Source: Lingula anatina
Taxonomy: Eukaryota; Animalia; Brachiopoda
Direction: 5' to 3'
Assembly (NCBI GenBank): GCA_051362555.1
Contig: CM120645.1
Location: 13,950,001 to 14,014,000 of the forward strand
Length of the DNA stretch: 64,000 nucleotides
Position numbers and translations under genes: made by a program. The notes below the pieces were generated by a model. That model did no database searches and had not been told where the DNA came from. It saw nothing but the letters and a program-made list of their open reading frames with translations. Positions 41,045 to 53,444 of this stretch are shown piece by piece. Position 1 is the first letter of the stretch, and each line of letters begins with the position of its first letter.

Positions 41045-41620
41045 CTAAGTATCTCATGGTGGTCGAAATATCGAAAGTCGTTTAATAATCCATCAGTATC
41101 AATCGGTCAATTAGTAACAAAGTTTTCGGTTTCATTATATTGTCCAACAAAATCAAATTGCCTCCCAGGGTCCCTGTCGTGAATATTCCCTTCGGAACTG
41201 CTCTCTCTATACAGAAAGTAACATTATTCGTATGCAGGTAATGATGTAGAAACTCCTGTTGATCTTTCCACTTTTGCTACACTCTGTCATATTATAATTC
41301 AGAATTTGAAGTAAACGTCATGGCATTTAGTGAAGGGAATGATGAGATACAGTGTTGGGATATGCCGAATATTTCTGATATCCTTTCAAGCCACGGCGAT
41401 CACCAAATTATGAGAACTGTCCCAAGTCGGCAGTGCTCAGCTTTGAGCAACTCACACGAAACCATAATCTCTCTGTCATGCAGATGAAAAGTTCCTCAAA
41501 CCTTACCCAGCAAGAGTGATGTGAGACCGGTGCTACTTTTCAGCGATTGTCACTGATAGCAAGACCTTTGAGAGTTATGTTAACAGTTAGCATTCTAGTG
41601 TCAAGATCACCTGTTCACCT
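41045..41620. repeat. Duplicated block, paralogous to 26340-27000
   Basis: See the 26340-27000 entry. Confidence 0.9.
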
Positions 41621-41829
41621 CTTTGCATATACTGGGTTGGGAAAATCGTCAGCATTTCTGAAGCATATCTCACAGAAATATCACCCTGCGGATGAGATTG
41701 GCACTGCAACGCTATTCTTCTCCCCCCCTCCCCCCAGAGCAAGGGAAACTGAGGTGGCTGAGACTAATACGCAGATCAGATAATTGATAGCTTGGATAGC
41801 TCAAAGGCAAGTGTTCCAGACTCTGTGAC

Positions 41830-42600
41830 GATTACAATGCTCAAAATCAGCAGATATATCATTGCGAAACCATTTCGTGTTCTATATTGGAATGCATGTT
41901 ACAGAGCAGTACCTTTCCGGATATATGGAAAACGGCTTACATCTCCCCGATCTATAAAATAGGTAATAAAAGCTGCATCGAAAATTATAAGCATGTTTCA
42001 CTACTAAGTGAGATGTCAAAGACTTTAGAAAAAATAATATATAACAAATAATATACTGTTTAATAGACAATCTGGATTCCTCAAAGGTTTTAGCATCAGC
42101 TACTGACAATTCAAATTTAAGTAACCTTAAAAAAGGATGGGACATTAGAGGAATATTTCTCGATTTATTTTTTCGGAAGCCTTCGACAGAGTCAAGCATA
42201 AATTGTTATGTTGTAGTCAGCATATGGGTTGAAGGTAATTTATTTCACTTTACCGTCATACCTGCAGAACAGAAAGGTGAGGGTATCTGTTAATGGCACA
42301 TTAACCGAATCAACTGAAGAAGCGTCCCTTAAGGTAGCATCCTCGGTCCGCTGCTCTTTCCCTTTATATTAATGACCTACCTGACAACCTCTCTCCTGAT
42401 TGCTTTCTGCATGGCGATGACACATCGATTTTTACACTCTTCTCTTCCTTCTGATAATAGACGCTAGTTAATCTACAATTAGTCTGTGATGTTAACTCAA
42501 AGCTTCAGTCCCAAACTTGTAAGTTTGAAGTCAATATCACACGCAAACAATCCACACCAAAAGCTCGTCCCAAAGCTGAAACGGTGCTCTGTCACTAAAC
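41830..42600 (+). mobile_element. Degraded non-LTR retrotransposon reverse transcriptase (CR1/L2-like)
   Basis: Relics of DFSKAFD (FSEAFDRVKH, ~42170), GVPQGSILGPLLF..YINDLP (~42323-42382) and YADDT (GDDT, ~42413). Confidence 0.8.
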
Positions 42601-43042
42601 TAGGTTCGAAAGATATTATAAGTTCACCCTCATTTTTCTTGTATTGTCAGTGATTAGCATAGCTGGCTGGGTAGACAGGAATACTAGGACATATAGGTAA
42701 TTTTTGTGGTAGTTCGATTTTACTTGATAATTAATTTCCTCACTAACTGCATCTTACCCATATCACATAACCTGACGAGCATAGAAGAAGAAGAATGTAT
42801 TCTGTCTGCAGTAAATACTAGCATTCTTTTTTTTTTACAGTGGCTGCCTATCACGAGTTCAAGGGCGGATCCAGGATTATTTCAATTTTTGTTTTCCATA
42901 CCTGTTCGTTTTCTATACCTGCTCGTCCCCCCCACCCTTCAAATAATCCAGGATCTGCCCCTGCAAAAGTCGTGTCGTCTGCAGGGCATCTCTGAAGCGC
43001 GTCTACTATTTATTCTTAACTTGTGAAATGATTGTATAAATA

Positions 43043-43160
43043 CAAATAATTTTGAAACTTTCTGAAAACTTTGATAAGACTTTTATATCACCATCAAGAT
43101 CAAATAACTTTGAATCTTTCTGAAAACTTTTATAAGACTTTTATATCACCATCAAGATCA
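43043..43160. repeat. 58-bp tandem duplication
   Basis: Two near-identical units CAAATAA.TTTGAA.CTTTCTGAAAACTTT.ATAAGACTTTTATATCACCATCAAGAT. Confidence 0.9.
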
Positions 43161-44999
43161 TCAAGGCCATCACGATCATCACCTTTGCAAATCTCTGATA
43201 TGAACATCACTTCAAGCCAGCCACATATTACTATATAATGGTGGGCTTAATTTGCATATAAGAGAAAATGGATTTTCTCTTATTTTGGCTTGCCTCTTAT
43301 TTTTTCATTAATTTCAAAATCTAATGTTCCGTTTTGCTCACAAATCGAGACACTTGAACCATCCACTGTTTATAAATTATGAAATTAGAAATAACTTTTA
43401 CAGTTTAGTTTATTTCACTGTAACATATGCATCCACCTGGGTGGATGAAAATGACAATATAATTTTAGTGAATATGCTAATAAACAATCACAATGAATAA
43501 GACTATTTACTAACAAAAAAAATCTGGAGTCTCTTTTACTACTACTCAATTGCCGATAAGTGCAGCAGTCTTCAAGATCCCTCCTAGCAAAAGCGGAGTA
43601 GAGAAACTGAGCTAGTGCAATAAGGATTTCTTCTTCTTGAGATTTCATAATGATAGTAAATTTTTCATCAGTTGTTTTGAGGCCAAAGTGTGTATAGTGT
43701 TTTGCAAATACCTTTTTTTTATATATATAATATTGTTCGCAGGTCGTTGTATAGGGGCACGATGATTATATCACAGACGTGTGTAATATGTTTTCACTCT
43801 AAAGCCATAATACCCGACAACATACATGTAGAAGCTTGTGTATTAAAGTAGGTCAATTGTCTGTATAAAATTGTCATACGATTATTGATTTTTTAGTATG
43901 GACCATTCTAGGGGGAGACAAAAGTGGGAGATGTATCAAGATGCCAGCAAAAACCTTTGGTTGTCCATGGGGTCACTTAAAGGCAGATTTTATTGCAAAC
44001 CTTTATGGAAAAGAGTAATATTAGGCCACATTTCCAGCTTCCTCGTGTAGAACTTTAAAGACGCCAAGGTCCCTCTCTATTCCATCTGACTCTCCCTAAA
44101 ATAATTCAGACCACGTTAACTGTTCAGCTCCCGGGAAGCGCGGAGTATCCAGCGCTGATGCTCTGCAGATGACACAGTGCATTCACAAGAGGGGGTAAAG
44201 GTTTTTTAAGGGAAATTTTGTACTGAATAACATCTGACGAATTATGTAATAAATTAAAGAAATCGACGTGTTTCAATTGATTTTTACTAAGTTAAATGAA
44301 AGATACGGATATTTCTTCTCAAAATTGGCAGAATGAAAAAAATATGCAAAACGACATACCTATCTCCCATAAGAACCGTTACATGGCCTGTCATATCCGT
44401 GAACGTTTGACCTACTTTCAAATAGCTTTCACACTCATAAACAGGTGGGTGGGTTGTTTGTATGTGTGTGTGTGGGGGGGGGGAGTTTCTGATGTGATTG
44501 TATTACAAAAAGTCTTGATATTTCTATTTTGATTATACTGTAACATAACATTGGGTTCATGAATATTACACACGGATTTATTGACCAGAGTCAATGGTTT
44601 TATACATGTTATTACTTATATTTTAAACAATAAAAACGTTTTATTCTAAGTGATGGACGATGGATTCATAGCGTTGGCAACAGGAAAGAGTAGATTGGTT
44701 TAGTAGTATGGTTATGTTTTAGCCCGGAATTGCATATTAAATCTCATGGCCCTCTGTCACTGGTCGCTTACTTCTCAAACTACCAGTAGTGCCTAAACTA
44801 GGTCAAGTCGGTTTCTTGCCGTCACAGGAATTATCAGTGTATCGTTTCTCAATCACATTTGAGCATTATTCATACAAGTTTGTTTAAATATACACAAATC
44901 TTAAAACTGGTTTGGTTTTGACTGGCTTTATTTACCTTCTTCAGCTTTTAATGCACATTTTAGGAGAGCATATGAAACAACTATTCCCTTATGCTAAGA

Positions 45000-45515
45000 T
45001 AAAAAGAAAAGAAAAAAAGGCAAAAACTCATTTTATGTTGGATTCGCCTCGAAGAGCATGAAAACCTCCAACCTCAACCTGTCCTTCAACCCCTTTTAAT
45101 TTAACAACAGCAGAGAGACTGAGGAGGGAGCTTGAGGAGAGGCTGGTTTTCTTTCAACAACAAGAAATATTCAGGCAGAATAGAGTAATAATAAGGAAGG
45201 ATGCCGAGATAGAAAGATTGAAGGGTGCTCCTGATGCGAATTTAAAAACGGCCATGGTGAAATTGAGCGAATGAAAAGACAATGGCCTAATAACATGCAC
45301 TTTTGCAGAATTGAGGGCCACAGTTGAGGAGAAGGCGACACAGCTCAGCAGCATGCTACTGTCTTTAATGCGAAAAGGATGCACAGACTGTAAAAAATCT
45401 GAACTGGTGTCCACTATGGTCCTTCAAAGTATTCTGCACATTGCAAGTCAGAAAGTTAGGGCATCACAGTTAATGGTTGGCCTGCATATGATGGATTGTT
45501 CTACTAACTCACAGG
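45000..45515 (+). pseudogene. Decayed exon resembling the N-terminal part of a DUF6589/Academ-type transposase
   Basis: LQSILHIASQKVRASQLMVGLHM followed by the donor CAG|GTAAAC; the resemblance is recalled, not searched. Confidence 0.35.
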
Positions 45516-46336
45516 TAAACCTGATGTAACACGTTTGTAGATTTTTCTTTAAAATCTTTTTAATTACCCTGTATATGTACTTGTATTTCATAAACACATT
45601 GTTCAGGTTATTTGAGCCTTATGTTAATTAAATACATGTCCCTCTAGAGATGATTCAGATTAACAGGTATTTCTTTCATTTATTCATTTTTTTATTTTAT
45701 TAGTGCTATATAGCTTTAATTATTTTGCTTTGCTACACGTACCAATCATTCTTACGTTTTTTGATATCCAGAACCAGATGATGAACTTGACAACACGCTT
45801 GCTGTAGATTCTAGGAAAACAGATGCCCCCCTCCCCCCCCCTCCCGCTTTTCCTCTTTTATGGTTGCATATGTTTCTGGATATTGTTAAATTGCAAGATG
45901 AATTAAATTTGTTTATTTATTATAGGGCAAGAGAAAGGATCTTACAGTTGCTGATTTTTTGGTAACAACAGAAGAGTATGCAACACTGAAATGGTGAATA
46001 TATCAAGGTTATTATGCTGAAGTACTTTGCTGCATTTTCCATCATTAATATTTACTTTTTGCAGATGTGAGTGGAATCCATCTGAAGAGAAAGTGAATGA
46101 ACTGACTTCTGAACTGGTACACGAAGTACTGTATGGGTGGGTAAGACATATCTGTGAATATATGTGGAATATGTCGCCCTGGTAGAGGGTACTGTTACAT
46201 ATCAATAACCACTGTTTCCTATCATTGAAAGATTTCTCAGAGACCAGACTTCCTAGAGAATTCTCACTTTTTTCAATATTTTCTATGTGTTTCTATTTAC
46301 ATGTCAGAAGCTAGTCTCCTGTTCAGAGTTACTAAA

Positions 46337-47090
46337 GCCTCGGTCACAACTGGCCGTACGGGCTCTTACCCGCTGTTTGCATCCAAATTTTGCGCAGAAT
46401 CTCACGTCCCATGCAAGTCCTTCTTACGAAATTTCGAGTTCGCAGACAGCCCGTAAGCACGCACAGAGGATGTTGGACATGCCCAAAAGATTCTGTGAAT
46501 AATCAAAGAACAGCCAGAGCGCAAGTGTAACTTGCTCCCCTCGTAAGGAGTTCGTAAGTGAGACGTGTGTGGTCCAAGACGCACATTGCAAGCAATAAAG
46601 AAGCAAGTGCCCTTTGCGTGTTCAGTACGGCGCGCGCCCTCACAGCTAAGGAACAAAGTCGAAAGCACACCAAGAATGCGTTGGAGGTGCATCACCTCCT
46701 GGAGTGTAAAATTCGTGCTAGCGACGCACGCGCAGGTCTCGACAATGAACGTCGATTGCACAATGTGCACAACAATTTTTTAAAATTTTCAGATTTTGCT
46801 CAATTCAGCTTCTAATATGCCTCCAAAAAGCAAGAGAAAGAAGCAAGAGAAAAAAGAAAAAAGCAAGAGAAAGAAGAGAAAGAAGAGAGCAGCAAAGAAG
46901 GGAGGAGGACGAAGAAATAAGTGGAAAAGAGGAGGCAAAACTGATGTACGCCATTAGTACATCATCACTAGCATGTAAGGCAAGTGTGAAGCAAAAGTGA
47001 CGCATAAGGGAACTACTTTCACTGTGCGTTGCATTTTCTTCGTTAGTGGTGAGTGCGTGCCACGTACACAGGTACATGTAGCAGTACAAA
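46337..47090. mobile_element. Partial Harbinger-like element
   Basis: Starts (TAA)AGCCTCGGTCACAACTGGCCGTACGG, followed by a GC-richer CpG-containing stretch and a Lys/Arg-rich low-complexity ORF start at 46817. The right end was not identified. Confidence 0.4.
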
Positions 47091-47409
47091 CTCTAGAAAT
47101 GAGTACAATTTCCATGACCATAGCGCCTTGCAATTAGCACCCCTGCTTGACATTTCAAGAAAGGACACATCTCACGTGGCCCCTGCGACTCGCAAGGCAG
47201 ACTTGTGCCTTTCTTATTGATACCTTTCCTCTCAGGCAATTTTCAACCTATATCTTAAATATTTTGCAAACAGTTTGACCTCGATGTCACAACTGATGTA
47301 TACAATTGTAAAATTTTTCTCATAATTTTTTTTTTTTTTAAGGAGAAAATTTTTACTTTCTTTGTAAAGATGGTAATCAGCAAATTGGATGTATATTGGA
47401 TGTAGAATT

Positions 47410-48950
47410 AGTCAAAGATATTTTACATGAATATTATTCATCTACAGCCGGGGGTCACAGCGGCATCAGCGCCACCTTGACAAAGATTCGGGCCCATTTT
47501 TTGTGGAACTGGAGGAAGGAAGATGTCATGGAATATGTGAGTTTACTCAGCGAGTGTTTATGGGTTATTTAAATTGTGACCCTTTGCTTAAATTAAAGCC
47601 AATCCATTAGTGCCGTATATTTTGCAGTTAGTGTATTAATTTGTTTGTAACCAAGAACAATTTTGTTAATAAATGAACACTGTACTTTTTATGATTTTCA
47701 TATTCTTTCTTTTTTCCATAACATTATCAATATACCACAAATGGTTGTTTAAGCATGAATTGCTCAAATGTTATACAGTCATGTGTATAAAATGACAGAC
47801 ACAGGTCTGTGGCAAATGCCAGAAACAGACTCAGATCAAGACGCAGAGCCCAGAATTGAAGCCCATCACTGTGACAAAAGCTATGGAATTGGTTGGAATA
47901 GATTTGATAGGTATATATACAGTCTAAGCTTTGTTAAAATTATCTGTTACGTGGTTCTGAAAATGTACACTAAAAAGAAAATTAAAGTATAAAAATTTCA
48001 GTCCCCAAATGCTGCTCCTTTAATTTTGTCTAATATATGTCAACAACTGAATTGAGTTGGAAGGTGGTCTGGATGACATAGACAAAAATATATCAGATTT
48101 CTGAAACAATTTATTATTTCTACAGAACATATTTTTATGGATTCTAGACTGTAAATAAATATTTTATTTTATAATAAAATCGGCCTGTCCATACAAAGCA
48201 ACATTCTTTCGTACCAATTTTTGGATTTCCATCCTTTGTCAGACAAAAGTGCAGCTGGAGTGGCCCTTCACATCAGGACTTTAGTGTATAGGTCAGTGCA
48301 TGTGCTTTATTTATGGACAGAGTCTTGCCAGACACTATGGCTGTGAATGCATGTAAGCATATTTCATCCATTTGTTTCAAACGCTAAGATACAACCAATT
48401 TTTGAACCTTGCTGATATGTACTTTTATGCTAATGATGTCTTGTCCTAGCTTGCTTGCTTATAATGTTACTCAACCAATGGGTTTATCAGGAACTGCACT
48501 ACTTTGACTTACTTTCAACCCTTCTGCTGAGTATTGTTCAATTTGCAAATCAGCCTGTTACATCATGAATACTGATATTACTAGATGTCTTATTTGTTGC
48601 ACAGCTGAGGGCTGCTTTTTTGTTTGTTGGCGACAACAAACCTGTAGTTATAAGTATAGATGAGGAATAGACATACTGCAGTTTTTTTCACCATAGACGT
48701 CTTATATTTAAGGTGGAGTGCCCCAAAACGCTTGCTGTCGGATCAGGGACGAGAGTTTGTTGCAGCCATCAATATGGAGATATGCAAGGCCTTAACATCA
48801 GCCATTTAGTGACCAGTGCATATCACCCACAAACGAATGGATTGGATGAGAGGACAACCAAACTCTCAAAGCACGACTCAGCAAACTGGTAAATGACCAC
48901 CAGAATAACTTGGACCAGGTTTTAGAAGATGTGGCATATAGCATAATTGC
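47410..48950 (+). mobile_element. Intron-containing Gypsy-type integrase relic (Ginger1/GIN-like)
   Basis: Exon pieces STAGGHSGISATLTKIRAHF, CGKCQK..ELKPI..MELVGIDLI, PLSDKSAAGVA, PKRLLSDQGREF and TSAYHPQTNGLDER separated by GT..AG introns; frameshifted; no RT nearby. Confidence 0.8.
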
Positions 48951-49299
48951 CTCAGTTTTCGGCCTTACAAGCTTACGGTGGGCCTACCCTTACATCTGGT
49001 AAGGCCTCATAGAAGTATGTACAAAAATCTTAAGACGCTTTAGTACCTCGAAATATCCACGTTCTGACAATCTTTGTGGGTCTTCCGTTGTACCTTGTAG
49101 TATGTAAATCCAATTAAAAGTGTTTTCGTGTACCTTCAGGCACGAGGTTCATAAAGTTTTGCTCTTTTTATTTCAGCTTCCTACTGCACAGACACAACAG
49201 CACGCCATATTGTCGAACTCTCGCGGAAAGGGCGACCACCTTTTCGAGGTCGACCTCGAAAAGGCCTGTTACCAATGTAAACTTTTACCGACCTCTGGC

Positions 49300-50790
49300 G
49301 ACAAGTGGTGAAGAATGGTGTTTGATCAATGTTCAAGACAAGAAAGATGCAAGAATCTATTTCGGTTATTGCTGTTGATGAGGTGCATTGCGTAAGTGAA
49401 TGGTAAGAAAATAATATATGAAGAGTCCGAATGTGCAGTATAAAATGATGAAGTACGACAACGATTATCATTAAAATACTTTGTTTTCTTTTAATATTGT
49501 TACAAATGATGTTGTTTATAGACTGGTATTAAAAATTAATCTCCCATACTCGCCATTATATAGATTTAAATTATATACATTTCATAATATGCTACTTCTG
49601 TTCGCTTGGCAGGGGATACGATTTCAAGCCGACGTACAAGGAACTCGGTGCTCTTAGAGTTTTGATCACACGCTCCATTTCTCTTATTAACACGTGCACT
49701 GATAGCGTCTTTGCAGATGTTTTAAAGTCTTTATTCATGGAGGATGCAGCTTTGGAAATTGTATCTTTACTACCAAACAGGTAATGTTTAATCTTATGGT
49801 AATATGTACAATTCCCTAATTTATCTAAAGATATAAAATAATGTAAAACTTTTTACTCTCTTTATCCCACTAAATATAAAAAGGTAGTCCGTTTTTTAAA
49901 ACCAAGAATAAAAGTTGCAAGTATCATAGTTCCAGTCTTGGTTTTAATGGCGTTATCCATCTTCACTCCATTTCCTAAAAAAAGTAAAAGTCAAATGAAT
50001 TAATTACCACATAAGTTTATAGGTTATTAACTATAACAGTGCCATGAAATATAACAAATTAATTAATTTACACTTTTTTCAGGCCAAATATTTTACTGCA
50101 ATTATTCAAATGTAAAGAGCAAGGATTTGGGGACCTCGAAGACATAATAATCCCTGGACTGAAAGAAAAACATGTCAATTTTGAAAAACTATAATATACG
50201 TCAGGTCTATGAACATTGCTAGTATATTTTTTTGACTGTTTTAGAAAATCTTGACATAGATGCTTATAAAGACAAAGAAAAAAAATTAAAAAATCGCATG
50301 TTAACAGTGTTTCATAGTTCCATCCCATCCATTGATTAAAGCACGATTATTAAAGAATTTTTATTGCCATCATCTACTATCCGGATAATTATCAGCACCG
50401 TTGCGTTTGGGATGGGGGTTAACATTGGGGATGTCTCATATGTCATTCATTGGGGTTTTAGTAAAAACGCCTTATCACACTGGCAGGAGGTGGGGCGATG
50501 CACACGTGCTTCTGGGGAAAGGGGGAGGGCAACCATCTTTTTCACCCCCACCTCTTCAGTTCATCATAAAAATACAGATGAAAAAATTAAAAAATATGCA
50601 AAGACTGTATAGAAAATGAAGTTTGTTTTAGAGAAGCAATCCTGCGTGAAGTTTCCTTAAAAAAGAAAAGCACAAATGAGGAAATTGACGATCTACAGAA
50701 GAAAGGAAGCAATGAAGATAAAAAAAGTGTTATTTATGTAATTGTTGTAACTTTTGTCAAAAAATTTGTACTTACCACTAAGAACTATAA
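49300..50790 (+). pseudogene. RecQ-like SF2 helicase relic of an AcademH transposon
   Basis: IAVDEVHCVSEW|GYDFKPTYKELGALR, LPNR|PNI, STVAFGMGVN..VIHWG, WQEVGR.R and a Cys-containing tail; several frameshifts. Confidence 0.82.
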
Positions 50791-51099
50791 CATAGCTGCC
50801 TTTCTTATTGCAGACGATCGAAGTAGAGAAGTATTTTCTTTTTTCAATTTGAGTGGTTTTATAATCTTGTTCCATAAATAAATAGAGTCGTGTCGACGAC
50901 CAGTAATGTTTTCCCACAGATTTTCTTCTTCATATTGGTGTATGAATTCCTGAAATTAGTGAACAGTATGAGCATTAGAAATAAAACATATTTTAACCTA
51001 ACTTTTTGATATAGTTAACAATGTTGTTATAAGTTAAATACGTTTATCTCTATGTAAACAAAATTTGTGTGGTTAATTTTTTCCCTCGTATATACATGT

Positions 51100-51932
51100 A
51101 GCTTTCATTATATTTAATTATATAATTATTAGTAAACACCTCCATATCCGAGCCATATTTTTTTTCTAGTATAAGTCCTCCCTCTCCCTTCTGCTTCTTC
51201 TCTTTCGTCCAGCAAGCCGAACAACCCAGCTTGATCAATTTCACAAGCGCCAGACCCAATGATGACGCTACTTCTCTCCACGTGCCCCTGACTGATGTTC
51301 CCTCGTCCTTGTTTTAATGTTTCTGTTGTAATATAAATAACACAATAACATAAATCAGTATTCTTAAAGTAAAAATAAAGAAATGCTGTTAACATAACAG
51401 CAAACTATATTTTAATGCAAAAATATCATAATCATTAATGAAATTATAAAAAATTTACCTTTAAACGACCCATTTAAGAATTCATGTATAAGATCTAATT
51501 CAATATTGCCGTATCCAACTATGTTTCCGCATCTGTTCAGTCGTTCAGGCAGCCATCCATGTTGCCCTGTGGAATACAGAAAAAAAATCCTGTTGATTAG
51601 TCTGGTGCATTTTTTGCATGTGTGATTATTTGTACAATGGCTTATCAAGCACATTAATCTGTATTAATTCTTAAAATAAATAAAATATTTTTTTAAAAAA
51701 TTTAAAATAGAAAGTACCTGGTAGTAACCTATGACTTAATATCATGTACTTGAAATGATGTTTATGGAAGAGGCGAGGCACATCTAGGCGCTAATATCTA
51801 ATTATTTCATCTCCGTCCCCCTCTCGAATTGCGTCCTTGTTACATAGAAAATTAATTCCACACCAGGTAAGACCTGAGGAGTCCTCCCGAACATGATCTT
51901 TTTACAGCACTCTTTACAATGCCATGTTCCTT
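51100..51932 (-). pseudogene. Academ-type (DUF6589) transposase C-terminal exons with PHD remnant
   Basis: Exons 51932-51718 (EGTWHCKEC; DAIREGDGDEIIRY*R..HHFKY), ~51565-51459 (GNIELDLIHEFLNGSFK) and from 51322 (ETLKQGRGNISQGHVERSS); one in-frame stop and a frameshift. Confidence 0.75.
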
Positions 51933-52068
51933 CTGAATAAGAACGTATACACTTAAAGGTCATATAAAATATTTTACAAACGTTATCAAAATCCATTTTC
52001 AATGTTAAGAACATCCACTATAATTTAAGGCTTGAAAACGCGTTGTTAAAGTTAAGTGTGGGAAACAA

Positions 52069-52403
52069 ATGGCCTTCCTTAAGGAAAATCCAAATTTGCC
52101 CAAATGCGCCAAGTTATCACAAAAAAATGTCAACTCTTTGTCATTTTCGTTGAAAAATATGCAATCCATAAGCAAGGTTGATGGGTCAGCGGCACTTTCT
52201 GCTGCCCTGTCTCCGGTTAGCCAAAATGACACTAAAGGAAAATCTCCAGCTCTTGCTGATTTCTTTAAAAACGTACAGTCCAATGCGCCCAAATATCATA
52301 CAGACCAAGGTGATTATTACGCTGCCAATGATAAAGCATTAGTTGACACTATCCAACAAGGAAAGCAGCTCAAGGTGGCAGAACTGTTTGCAATTTTGGT
52401 AAA
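52069..52403 (+). other. Unassigned exon-like ORF
   Basis: About 110 natural-looking codons ending at AAG|GTAACT; a further exon-like piece near 52914-52998; no family recognised. Confidence 0.3.
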
Positions 52404-53020
52404 GGTAACTGAAGTTCAAGACACGCCTTTCTATTTAAGTTTTAGGCACAAAATGTGCACCACAGTGACATTTAGTTTTGAGCCATACCTGTAATTTTTT
52501 TCTTCTCTTAACACAATTAGCTTTTTATCTGGCAGCATTAGCATTTTGAGTTTTTACATAATTAAATTAATTTTATTTCATATGCTTCAGTCTGTTTAAA
52601 AGTCGTACCTAGTTTTCTGATAGTACATATATATAGATCAAATTCTAACGTTTTTTTTTTTTTTTTTGATGATTTTATATTTTTGGTGCACATTATTAAA
52701 GAGGGAATTTCTAGGTATATACTCTATTAGAAATCTGCATTAGTAGTGCGTGCAGTTGAAATGTTTTTTTTTTTTTTTTGTTTTGTTTTGTTTTTTTGCA
52801 TTCGTCAGGTCTGAATGATAATTGATTTCTCATTTGGGAACCCATTTATTGAAATTTAATTGAAGGAACCTTTTTGTGGAAGCCACAGCTATGGCTACAT
52901 ATATATGTGCTAGATTTCTCCTGGGAATTTAGAGCACCTCCAAACAGTGAGAGAGTTAATTTCTGACCTCTCATTCCCATTTGTTTGAGTGAAGGAAAGT
53001 TAGTGCAATGTATTCATTTA

Positions 53021-53021
<1 letters not shown>

Positions 53022-53061
<40 letters not shown>
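53022..53061. repeat. (ATT)n microsatellite
   Basis: Direct reading. Confidence 0.95.
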
Positions 53062-53444
53062 GTATGATCACAGTTTGCTTATGCACATGTATCAATATAT
53101 TCTACATTTCTGTTGAATGCCACAATTTTTGGTTCAAAAGCACAATTTATTTTAAGACTTCCTATTATTTCAAAATTGTAAAGACAACTTTAACATAAAT
53201 TATTAAAATTGTTTTAAAGGAATATATGTAATGAAGGTTAATTTTATTGAATGTGACATGCTTTAAGATTTAATTAAATTATAAAGTCATCAGTGAAATT
53301 ATTATCATGGGTAATACAGACAAGTAGTGATCATACATATTTCTGAATAGAAAATGACTAAGGATTATTGACAATCTATGCTGTAGTATGCAAGTGGTCT
53401 ATATGAAGGGGCTCTTTCATAAAAGTACATTTTTTGTCAATAAA

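Noticed and set aside
46805-47089. Hydrophobic and Lys/Arg-rich ORFs
   Set aside because: They arise from a purine-rich low-complexity tract within a transposon fragment.
49270-49310. LLPTSGDK as the helicase Walker A motif
   Set aside because: Weak match, different frame and too close to motif II to support.
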